A DNA stretch of 64,000 nucleotides from an uncultured archaeon (lineage in GTDB: Archaea; Thermoproteota; Nitrososphaeria; Nitrososphaerales; Gagatemarchaeaceae): contig CAWAOY010000003.1 in NCBI GenBank assembly GCA_963783755.1, positions 42,608-106,607 of the forward strand, written 5' to 3'. Position numbers and translations under genes: made by a program. Below are positions 53,688 to 60,379 of this stretch, piece by piece. The first letter of the stretch is position 1, and each line of letters opens with the position of its first letter. The notes beneath the pieces were generated by a model. That model saw nothing but the letters and a program-made list of their open reading frames with translations, was not told the DNA's origin and did no database searches.

Positions 53688-54569
53688 TCAGCCGACCGAA
53701 CGCAACAGGATGTGGCGGACCGTGTACTCGTTGATTCTTGAAGGAGAGCCTTGAGTACTCGTCTCTTGCACCATGTGTTCGTCGAGGGTGGCTTTTCTGA
53801 CCCCGAGAGTGACCAAATCGACGTAGATGTCTCCCTTGTATTGGTCAACACCCTCCGTGACGCTCTCCTTACCGCTGGAATCTGGGATGACCATCTTGAC
53901 CTTGCTGTCGCCAGCGTCGTATCCGACCAGCGCGCAGGGAGCTCCATCGACAACACTGACTCCCTTCAATTCAAGGCTTACCTCGCCATTCTGAAAGGTA
54001 GATCCGGGCTTGATCTCATCGACGAACTTGACCGAAGCCTCGATGAAAGACGCGGGATGGACAATCCTTTGACCTATCTCCTTGAGGTCCTGGATTCCTT
54101 TTCCAAACTTCATCGGTCGTGTGAAAATGTCGTTGAAGCTATGGAAGTCAAGGAAATTGACGTAAGAAGCGTAGCGGATGCTGAAGGGTAACGCCTTCTC
54201 CTGATCGTCTGTTAGGTTAACGAATTTCTCTTGCGAGATGCCCCAGAGAGGCCCGCGTTCGTCTCCGGACAGTGTCGGGTTGAACGTGTAGGTCCAGTTT
54301 CTGAGTTGAGGGATGGTAACGGGCGAACTGTCATTGGTTTGTAACTGAAGTTCCGAGACCGCATATCGGTCAAAGTTTCCCGCCGGCGATGTCTTCGGGT
54401 CATAATGGAGGTTTAGGGTATAGGATTCTGTCCCGACTCTCCTTCCGTTCAACTGGAAATGGACATACCTTGTCTGCATACGGAAATCTTGGGCAATCCG
54501 CTTTCTGTCGAAGGAAAAGTCAAACGGACCTCTGAGATCTACGGGTGCCCAGTCCACTGTAGTCGTCAT
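53688..54569 (-). CDS. hypothetical protein (293 aa), apparently all-beta, no recognised family
   Basis: Intact ATG ORF with normal composition: MTTTVDWAPVDLRGPFDFSFDRKRIAQDFRMQTRYVHFQLNGRRVG...FQNGEVSLELKGVSVVDGAPCALVGYDAGDSKVKMVIPD... It is the only gene between two tRNA-end repeats. Confidence 0.55.
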   Translation of the reverse strand: MTTTVDWAPVDLRGPFDFSFDRKRIAQDFRMQTRYVHFQLNGRRVGTESYTLNLHYDPKTSPAGNFDRYAVSELQLQTNDSSPVTIPQLRNWTYTFNPTLSGDERGPLWGISQEKFVNLTDDQEKALPFSIRYASYVNFLDFHSFNDIFTRPMKFGKGIQDLKEIGQRIVHPASFIEASVKFVDEIKPGSTFQNGEVSLELKGVSVVDGAPCALVGYDAGDSKVKMVIPDSSGKESVTEGVDQYKGDIYVDLVTLGVRKATLDEHMVQETSTQGSPSRINEYTVRHILLRSVG

Positions 54570-54706
54570 TATCTCGTGGACAATTCATTCGTCGATTTCC
54601 CTTAATAAGAGAGGACGACAATTCTCATTCTTGAGAAAGGCGGGCATCTCGGCTCTTCGCACACACCCGCCAGCTTAAGGAAGAACGGCAATCAAGGTTA
54701 CTATCA

Positions 54707-54830
54707 GGTGGGATTTGAACTTAAAGTTCAGGTCGCACCCCCCGCACACCTTTCACATGAGATGGTCCGGAAATCGCGCAACCCGTTGGGATTTGAACTC
54801 AAGGTGCGGTTGCCCAACTCCGCCACTCAA
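54707..54830 (+). repeat. tRNA-end-derived structured repeat: one full unit (54707-54784) and a partial second unit (54785-about 54830) head to tail, 78-nt period
   Basis: Unit: GGTGGGATTTGAAC-TTAAA-GTTCAGGTC-GCA-C6-GCACAC-CTTTCACATGAGATGGTCCGGAAA... The next GGGATTTGAAC begins exactly 78 nt later. Confidence 0.8.
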
Positions 54831-54968
54831 ATCACCCCGGCTTCGTGCGTGATGTGCTACCGAGAAGACAGGCGCGACCCGCTCGGCAGTGAACGAGCCA
54901 CCACGCACCGAACTGGCAACGGCTGGGACAGTCCTTCGGGAGAGCGATAGCTGAGTTCGTTTCGCTTG

Positions 54969-55577
54969 CTATCGCGCCCGCGTCGGGGGGATTCTCCGAA
55001 CCACGACCCACCGACGCATCGCAATCTTGCGCACCTTCCGGAACCCCGTCTTCTCGAACATCCTCAAGGTCCCGCTGCACAGGAAGGAAGAGGAGGTCCT
55101 CTCCTCCGTGTAGTCCTCCGGATAAGCCTCGACCGTTCCGCCGCCGAGTTGGGCGATATATCGAAGCGCTTCGCGGAGGGCGAGGGTAGCAATACCTTCT
55201 CCCCGGCGTTCCCGGTCGATGAAGAAGCAGGTGATGCGCCAGTCTGGAAGTTTGAGCAGTCCCTCCTCGTAGGTCTTCTTGCTCCGTATGTTGGGGAGTT
55301 CCGCGGTAAGGCCGAACTGGCACCACCCGACCGCGTTCTGGCCGTCGAAGACGAGAGCGGCACGCGCCCGCCCTTCCCGCACTAACTCCTCTTTCATCGC
55401 TCGGTATGCCGCCGCACCATGTCTCGTTTCCCCGGGCTCGAGATGAAATGAGATGCACCAACACCCGCCGAAGATGCCGTTGTGCTTCTCCACCAGCCGA
55501 GCGAACGCCGGCCAGGTCTCAGGCGTAAGCTGCTTCGATGTGAGAGGCACGGGCCGCGAGGCGCATCGGTTATACAT
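54969..55577 (-). CDS. GNAT-family N-acetyltransferase
   Basis: The C-terminal 202 aa of track ORF 54969..56315, from ATG 55575-55577. Text: ...GGCWCISFH...ALVFDGQNAVGWCQFG...ITCFFIDRERRGEGIATLALREALRYIAQLGGGTVEAYPE...FEKTGFRKV, with the acetyl-CoA motif R-x-x-G-x-G/A. The upstream part of the track ORF is antisense to the next gene. Confidence 0.75.
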   Translation of the reverse strand: MYNRCASRPVPLTSKQLTPETWPAFARLVEKHNGIFGGCWCISFHLEPGETRHGAAAYRAMKEELVREGRARAALVFDGQNAVGWCQFGLTAELPNIRSKKTYEEGLLKLPDWRITCFFIDRERRGEGIATLALREALRYIAQLGGGTVEAYPEDYTEERTSSSFLCSGTLRMFEKTGFRKVRKIAMRRWVVVRRIPPTRAR

Positions 55578-55661
55578 AAGTTGTGAGCGCCCACTCGACG
55601 CTCCGTCTTCATCATCGTCGGTGCCACACGATTCAAGCAGAGATTTATGTAGGGAATACAT

Positions 55662-56375
55662 ATGAAAATCGTCATGGTCAGATTCGTGCTGATTCCAGGC
55701 GCGTGGTTGGGGGCGTGGACCTGGAAGGATGTGACCCCGAGCCTCGAGAAGAAGGGCCATTCTGTCTATCCGGTTACATTGACTGGGATGGGCGAAAGGG
55801 TTCACCTTGCCTCGAACGATGTCGGCATGGAGACGGCCACACAGGATGTCTTGAATGTGATAAAGTACAATGAACTCAACGATTTCGTGCTGGTGGGGCA
55901 CAGCTTCGCGGGTAAAGTGGCGGCCGCCGTGGCGGACCGCACACACGAAAAGGTGGAGAAGATCATTTACGTTGATGCGTTCCGGCCAGAGATTGTGAGG
56001 GACCCTCAAGGCGGATTCGACCCGACTCGCGAGTTCGGGCCACCACCTGGGGGCGGTAATGCGATTCCCCTCACCGAGGAAATTATCCACCGAATCGGTC
56101 GGGATGTCAAAGGCCGCAACCGGAAATGGATGATGTCCATGGCGACGCCCTGGCCAATCAAACTTGCGAAAGACCCGATCACTCTGTCGAAGAACTATGA
56201 CGCTATGAAGGAAAGGTATGTCTTTTGCAGTCTCAGCGGTGACTCGGTCGACGAGATCATCGCCGGGAAGTGGGGAAAGCTCAACGGTCCCTACAAGGTC
56301 ATAGAGACCGGCCACTGGCCGATGATTACTAAACCTGAAGAGCTGGCCAAGGATTTACTATCCCTGGCCAAATGA
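55662..56375 (+). CDS. alpha/beta-fold hydrolase (esterase-like)
   Basis: Intact 237-aa ORF. Text: FVLIPGAWLGAWTWKDVTPSLEKKGHSVYPVTLTGMGER...FVLVGHSFAGKVAAAVA (G-x-S-x-G)...IIYVDAF...IETGHWPMITKPEELAKDL. Confidence 0.8.
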   Translation: MKIVMVRFVLIPGAWLGAWTWKDVTPSLEKKGHSVYPVTLTGMGERVHLASNDVGMETATQDVLNVIKYNELNDFVLVGHSFAGKVAAAVADRTHEKVEKIIYVDAFRPEIVRDPQGGFDPTREFGPPPGGGNAIPLTEEIIHRIGRDVKGRNRKWMMSMATPWPIKLAKDPITLSKNYDAMKERYVFCSLSGDSVDEIIAGKWGKLNGPYKVIETGHWPMITKPEELAKDLLSLAK

Positions 56376-56403
56376 CATCCAGCAGAAATCAGCAAGCGTC
56401 TTT

Positions 56404-56461
56404 CAGCACAGTTTATTGTGCTGAAGTCGAGCCCCTTCTTGGCTTCATTGGCAAGAGGGGC
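56404..56461 (+). terminator. two consecutive stem-loops downstream of the hydrolase gene
   Basis: CAGCAC-AGTTTATT-GTGCTG at 56404-56423. GCCCCT(T)CTTG...CAAGAGGGGC at 56431-56461. They start 29 nt after the stop at 56375. Function is inferred from position only. Confidence 0.3.
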
Positions 56462-56474
56462 CAGGAGGATGAAT

Positions 56475-56645
56475 CGTGAGTTCGAATCCCATCCTGCACA
56501 TCTTTTGCATGAGCGAGGCGGAGAGTCACAGAATTCGGTGGGATTTGAACTCAAAGTTCGAGTTGCAACCCCCCCCGCATACCCTTCACATGAGACGGTC
56601 AGAAAGTTGCAGAATCCAGGGACTTGAGCATGAATCTCAGTGCTA
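56475..56645 (+). repeat. three head-to-tail tRNA-end-derived units: a diverged forward copy of the tRNA 3' end with its flank (56475-56536), a full structured unit (56537-56616) and a degenerate third (56617-about 56645)
   Basis: CGTGAGTTCGAATCCCATCCTGCACATCTTTT...GGCGGAGAG..CAGAATTCGG compares with tRNA CGTGGGTTCGAATCCCACCCCCCGCACACATTTT..GGCGGAAAT..CAGAATTTCG. Then GGTGGGATTTGAAC-TCAAA-GTTCGAGTT-GCAA-C8-GCATAC-CCTTCACATGAGACGGTCAGAAAG. Then GGGACTTGAGC, 79 nt after the previous GGGATTTGAAC. Confidence 0.8.
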
Positions 56646-56759
56646 GACAAAATACGAAACAAGGCAGCCCACAAATCATTGGTTCTCGCAATCTTTCTCT
56701 TTTGTCCCTATCGTTATGATTAATAGCCGGGGGCTTTCGAAAGAGTCGGCAATCCCCAA

Positions 56760-57163
56760 ATGAAGCCATCCGACATTGCCCCTGATCCGTTCAAGCCCCC
56801 GGCCGACCTAATAGTCGTGACGACGCCGTTCGTATCAGGGTATCATGTGACTCGGGTCGATTGGTGCGACGTTTGGACTAATCGTTAAGATCTCGGGGGC
56901 TTAGGGCAGAACATCTTCGCGTACTTCCGAGCTTGGGGTGGCGGAGAGATCAAGAGTATACACGAATCTCCTGGAGCAAGTGCGCCGCCAAGCCATCCAG
57001 CGGCTCGCCGAACATGCAAGAGGCCTTAGGAGCGAACGCTGTCGTCTCTGTCGGTTTTGACACGTCGGAGATGGGCGGGTCGATGACTGAGGTTCTCGCA
57101 TATGGCACTGCAGTGGTAGTGGAGCCCGATACTTCACCTGCACAGCCTGTCGCGCTCCACTGA
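56760..57163 (+). pseudogene. YbjQ/UPF0145-family (heavy-metal-binding-domain-like) protein, 2 frameshifts and an in-frame stop as assembled
   Basis: Text: MKPSDIAPDPFKPPADLIVVTTPFVSGYHVTRV, then (other frames) GQNIFAYFRAWGGGEIK, then ALGANAVVSVGFDTSEMGGSMTEVLAYGTAVVVEP, the hallmark C-terminal block of the family. It could be assembly error rather than true decay. Confidence 0.55.
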
Positions 57164-57170
57164 TATCTTG

Positions 57171-57285
57171 GCTTGCAATCTGAACTTAAAGTTAAGGTTG
57201 CAAACCCCCCCCCCGCACTAATTTCGTGGCCAAGGCTAACTCCCCACGCGGGTCGCTCCGCGAATCCCCGTTGGGAACCCCCAGC
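57171..57285 (+). repeat. most distal tRNA-end-derived structured unit, with extended hairpin and a C10 tract
   Basis: Text: GCTTGCAATCTGAAC-TTAAA-GTTAAGGTTGCAAA-C10-GCACTAATTTCG...CGCGAATCCCCGTTGGGAACC. The hairpin pairs 12 of 13 positions. The tail resembles GGAAATCGCGCAACCCGTTGGGATTTGAAC of the 54.7-kb unit. Confidence 0.7.
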
Positions 57286-57473
57286 GTGGGACATGGTTTT
57301 GAATTCCATAGCTCATTATATACCGCGGATGCTGTTTGGGGCACCGTCTCATGAGTCGTCCCGCCGACGGCCCCCGAGGAGCAATCGGAACGGGGTGCAG
57401 GATGTCGTGACCGGTGTCGAACCGCTTGAAAGCATTCGGCTAGGCAATCGGCGGGTCGAGGGGAGGCGCTGAC

Positions 57474-58875
57474 TTGAGATTCCAGAGCAAATCCGTGTCC
57501 TCGCTCATCCTTGCGAGCGCAATGTGCTCGGCGCTGCTACTTTCCGCGAACTCTTCGCATGCGGCGGCGTCGATTGTCCTCAGTCCGACTGACCCCGCCG
57601 TCGGCACGGCCTGTGCGAGCTTGGGGGGAGCATGGGACGGCTCGACCAAGTGTACTTTGGGCCGCGACCTGACTCTGAACCCGGGCGATTCTCTGGTTGT
57701 CGACCCCAACGCCAACCTCGCCGTGCCCGCGGGAATAACCCTCACCAACGGCGGGGCGATACAGGACTATGGCACTATCGAGACCGGGACTGGGGGATTC
57801 CTCACCAACTCCGGCAACATCACCGCCTTCATCGCAAACGGGACCCTCATCAACCAGGGGACGATGACTAACGAGCCCAAAGAATCCGTCAACGTCGAGC
57901 ACTCTGGGCAGACATCGGTCGAGGTCGGGGAATTCAACTTCACCAACACCGGGACCTCGACAACCTTGGGACGTTCGTCGATTATGGGAATTTCACGAAC
58001 GGCGCCAAAGCCACCATCACGAACTCGGGCAGTTTCAGCTTCTCGTCCGCCACGATAAACGTCGGGAACTTCAGCGCGCCTCTCGCGACCAACGCCGGGA
58101 CCTTCACAAATCTGCCGACGGGCACTTTCACCGTCGACGGGGCGACCTTCAACAACACCGGGACCTCACAAACCCTGGGGCAATCATAGAGACGCAGAAC
58201 GTCTTCAGCCTCATGGAGAACTTCGGGACGATAACGAGCAATGGGACTATAGCAGACACTAGCTTCATCCGCAACAACGGCACGGTGACCAATGCAGGCA
58301 CGATTGCCACCACCGTAGGCTGCGCTGTCGCCGCGTGCGGATCGCTCGTGAACAACGCCGCCCTCATCAACACTGTCGGAGGCACGATCGAGAACGGGGG
58401 CAACTTCGGAAACAACGTCAACGCGACCTTCACCAACTATGGCAACTTCACCAACGCGCGCGTGTTCATCAACAACCCTAACGCGACCGTCATCAACTCA
58501 GGCACGTTCGTAAGCACGGGCACGCTTACGAACCGCGCTTCGATTTACAACAACGCTTCGATCGCCATCTCGGGCATCGTCCTGAACTCGGGATACATCG
58601 GCAACAACCCCAACGGGACAATCACCAACTCGCGGACCATCACGAACACCGGGAGCATCGACAACCTGGGCGTCCTCACAAACGGTTGCGGAGGCGTGAT
58701 AGAAGGTCCAGGGACCATCTCAGGAAACCCGGTCACGAGTACGACTTCGTGCACGACCGCGACGACCAGCACGCCGGTGCCAGAGTTCCCGACCGAGATG
58801 CTCGTTCCCTTGATGCTTTCGATGTTGATCCTTGTCACATTCCTTACGAGGAAGGGTCTTGGCGGCTCGGCCTAG
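57474..58875 (+). CDS. secreted Asn/Gly/Thr-rich repeat protein (predicted beta-helix) with a PEF-CTERM-like sorting signal, 2 frameshifts
   Basis: Signal peptide MRFQSKSVSSLILASAMCSALLLSANSSHA. Dozens of short N-x-G-x-[IFL]-x-N type repeats (TNGGAIQDYGTIETGTGGFLTNSGNITAFIANGTLINQGTMTN...NNGTVTNAGTIAT...NYGNFTNARVFINNPNATVINSGTFVSTGTLTN). The end is TSTPVPEFPTEMLVPLMLSMLILVTFLTRKG. Confidence 0.75.
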
Positions 58876-58934
58876 CACTTGGGCGCCTTCGCGCTAAAGG
58901 GCTTCAGCGTGCAGAATAAAATGGAGAGAGGGAC

Positions 58935-59369
58935 CTAGGCGTCCTGCGCCTTCAGGTCCCTCATCATCTGGTCGAACTGGTCCTTGCTTATCTCTCCCTT
59001 CGCGTACCTCTGCCTCAGGATCTCAGTGGCGTCCTCGTAGTAGCGCCCGTAGCCGCGCCAGTACCCGCGCGAGTAGCCCCCCGCCAGCCCCAACCCCATC
59101 CCATCCCCCAGAAGAGCCACCGGACGACGAAGAAGATGACGAAGAAGAAGATCAGGAAGCCGAAGGGAAAGAAGAAGAACGGGAAGGGATAGTAGCGCGT
59201 ATGGCCTCGCCGGGAAGCCGAAGAGGAAGCGGGGACCACGAAGAGGCCCGCGAGCGAGTAGGATGACCAGTCCGCCGAGCAGCCAGCCCACAAACCCGCG
59301 CCCATGGCGCGTCTGATCGGAGGCCGTGCGTCGACGACGTTGCGTTTGTTGTTGGCTGTAGTTGTTCAT
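58935..59369 (-). CDS. membrane protein with a C-terminal SHOCT domain, 1-2 frameshifts
   Basis: C-terminus EILRQRYAKGEISKDQFDQMMRDLKAQDA (SHOCT pattern). The upstream hydrophobic or aromatic stretch appears in another frame (YYPFPFFFFPFGFLIFFFVIFFVVRWLFWGMGWGWG). Confidence 0.6.
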   Translation of the reverse strand: MNNYSQQQTQRRRRTASDQTRHGRGFVGWLLGGLVILLARGPLRGPRFLFGFPARPYALLSLPVLLLSLRLPDLLLRHLLRRPVALLGDGMGLGLAGGYSRGYWRGYGRYYEDATEILRQRYAKGEISKDQFDQMMRDLKAQDA

Positions 59370-59414
59370 GCCGCGTTTTCGCCGTCATCAGGCTGGAAGG
59401 CGCGGGTTATTGAA

Positions 59415-59456
59415 TATATCGGAAAACCGATATCGGAATAACCGATTCATTTATTA
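59415..59456. promoter_or_regulatory. two overlapping palindromes and a TATA-like box in the SHOCT / padR divergent intergenic region; candidate PadR operator and promoter
   Basis: ATATCGG-AAAA-CCGATAT (59415-59432) overlaps ATCGG-AATAA-CCGAT (59431-59445). TTTATTA (about 59449-59455) lies about 26-32 nt before the padR ATG at 59481. Confidence 0.4.
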
Positions 59457-59480
59457 GCGACCCTGCGGCCATGCTGGTAG

Positions 59481-59909
59481 ATGTGGCCGTTTCGATGGAT
59501 GATGCACAGGAAGCGCGGGCTCCGGATGGCGATAGTCACCATGCTCGCGTCATCCCCAAAGAACGGGGTAGAGTTGATGGACGAGATTGAGAGGATGACG
59601 CAGGGGTGGTGGAGGCCCTCTCCGGGCTCGGTCTACCCCGTGCTGGAGCAGCTCACGAACGACGGCATGGTGAAGAAGAGGGAGGACGGGAGATACGAGC
59701 TCACCGAGAAGGCCAGCGACGAGCTGGAGGGCTCGTTCGGGCACGCCTTCGGGAGGAGGGAGCGCTCGGTGGACGAGATGTTCGACGAGGTCAGCGGGAT
59801 GGTCTCATACATGGAGGAACTGGTAAAGTCCGACCCCGCCAAACTGAAGGAGCACCGGGAGCAGCTTCAAGCCCTCTCGGACAGGCTCTCGAGCATGCTC
59901 AAGGAGTAG
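59481..59909 (+). CDS. PadR-family transcriptional regulator
   Basis: Intact 142-aa ORF. Text: LRMAIVTMLASSPKNGVELMDEIERMTQGWWRPSPGSVYPVLEQLTNDGMVKKREDGRYELTEKA, with a C-terminal coiled segment. Confidence 0.85.
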   Translation: MWPFRWMMHRKRGLRMAIVTMLASSPKNGVELMDEIERMTQGWWRPSPGSVYPVLEQLTNDGMVKKREDGRYELTEKASDELEGSFGHAFGRRERSVDEMFDEVSGMVSYMEELVKSDPAKLKEHREQLQALSDRLSSMLKE

Positions 59910-59961
59910 GTCTTCACCGGGAACCCGGGGCGTTTTTCGATCCTGAGTTCAAAGTTATTAC

Positions 59962-60354
59962 TTGCCAGCAAAGAGAAGGCCCGTGGAAGGGCGTCTCATC
60001 AACGTCCGAAAGCTCGTCGCCTTGGATATCACGCTCCACGGTCCACGATTCATCATGGTCGAGTTCGGTGTCGGGACCCCGGCGATATTGGCGGTCGGGG
60101 GCTACTTGGCGGCGACAGGTCAGCTAGTCCTGGGAGTCTACCTTCTCCTCACTGGGATCAACTACATCCCGCTCCTGATCTACGCTGTGCTGATTGTGCG
60201 AGGGGGCACGGCGGCCGAGGAGGTCGCCGGTGGGTTGTCGCAAGACAGGCACTACGTAAGGAAGTACAGCACGCAGCAGCTCCTGATCTTCGTCCCCTTC
60301 GCTGTCATTCTGCTGACCGTGTTTCAAGAACTGACCGAACCGAGGCGGGCATGA
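59962..60354 (+). CDS. hypothetical membrane protein (130 aa, 3 TM segments)
   Basis: Text: FIMVEFGVGTPAILAVGGYLAATGQLVLGVYLLLTGINYIPLLIYAVLIV...LLIFVPFAVILLTVF. It lies downstream of padR on the same strand. Confidence 0.45.
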   Translation: MPAKRRPVEGRLINVRKLVALDITLHGPRFIMVEFGVGTPAILAVGGYLAATGQLVLGVYLLLTGINYIPLLIYAVLIVRGGTAAEEVAGGLSQDRHYVRKYSTQQLLIFVPFAVILLTVFQELTEPRRA

Positions 60355-60379
60355 CCCTGACGCCCGAAGCTCGTTTCGC

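Larger units (their letters stand above)
52544..57290. mobile_element. putative degraded integrative-element or genomic-island remnant(s) at the tRNA-Leu 3' end; no integrase present
   Basis: The interval is visibly AT-richer than the backbone. It is bounded by the tRNA and by the last of at least six same-orientation copies of the tRNA 3' end. It holds small, unrelated, mixed-orientation accessory genes, two of them damaged. Confidence 0.4.

Noticed and set aside
54707-56616. Split or circularly permuted tRNA genes (3' half upstream of a 5' half).
   Set aside because: No unit contains a 5' acceptor strand (GCGGGGG), D arm or anticodon arm in the correct orientation. Only T-arm/acceptor-3' derived sequence is present, so no mature tRNA could be assembled from these pieces.
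54707-57285. Integron-like attC sites (cassette array lacking an integrase).
   Set aside because: The appeal was hairpin-forming repeats separating single-gene segments. However, the units do not show the outer R'' (RYYYAAC) and R' (GTTRRRY) boxes at their ends. The GAAC/GTTC motifs sit next to the loop. Gene orientation is mixed. There is no intI-like gene. I keep this only as a loose analogy in the findings.
54708-57472. Track ORFs 54708..54950, 56418..56627 and 57173..57472 translate the repeats into similar peptides (GFELKVQVAPPAHLSHEMVRK, GFELKVRVATPPAYPSHETVRK, SELKVKVANPPPA). This could suggest a repeated small-protein family.
   Set aside because: The similarity is explained at nucleotide level. 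The segment is derived from the tRNA-Leu 3' end. The poly-C tract varies by 6, 8 or 10 nt, which would shift the frame. The conserved hairpin arms tolerate substitutions that keep base-pairing rather than amino acids. The ORFs have no consistent start or stop.
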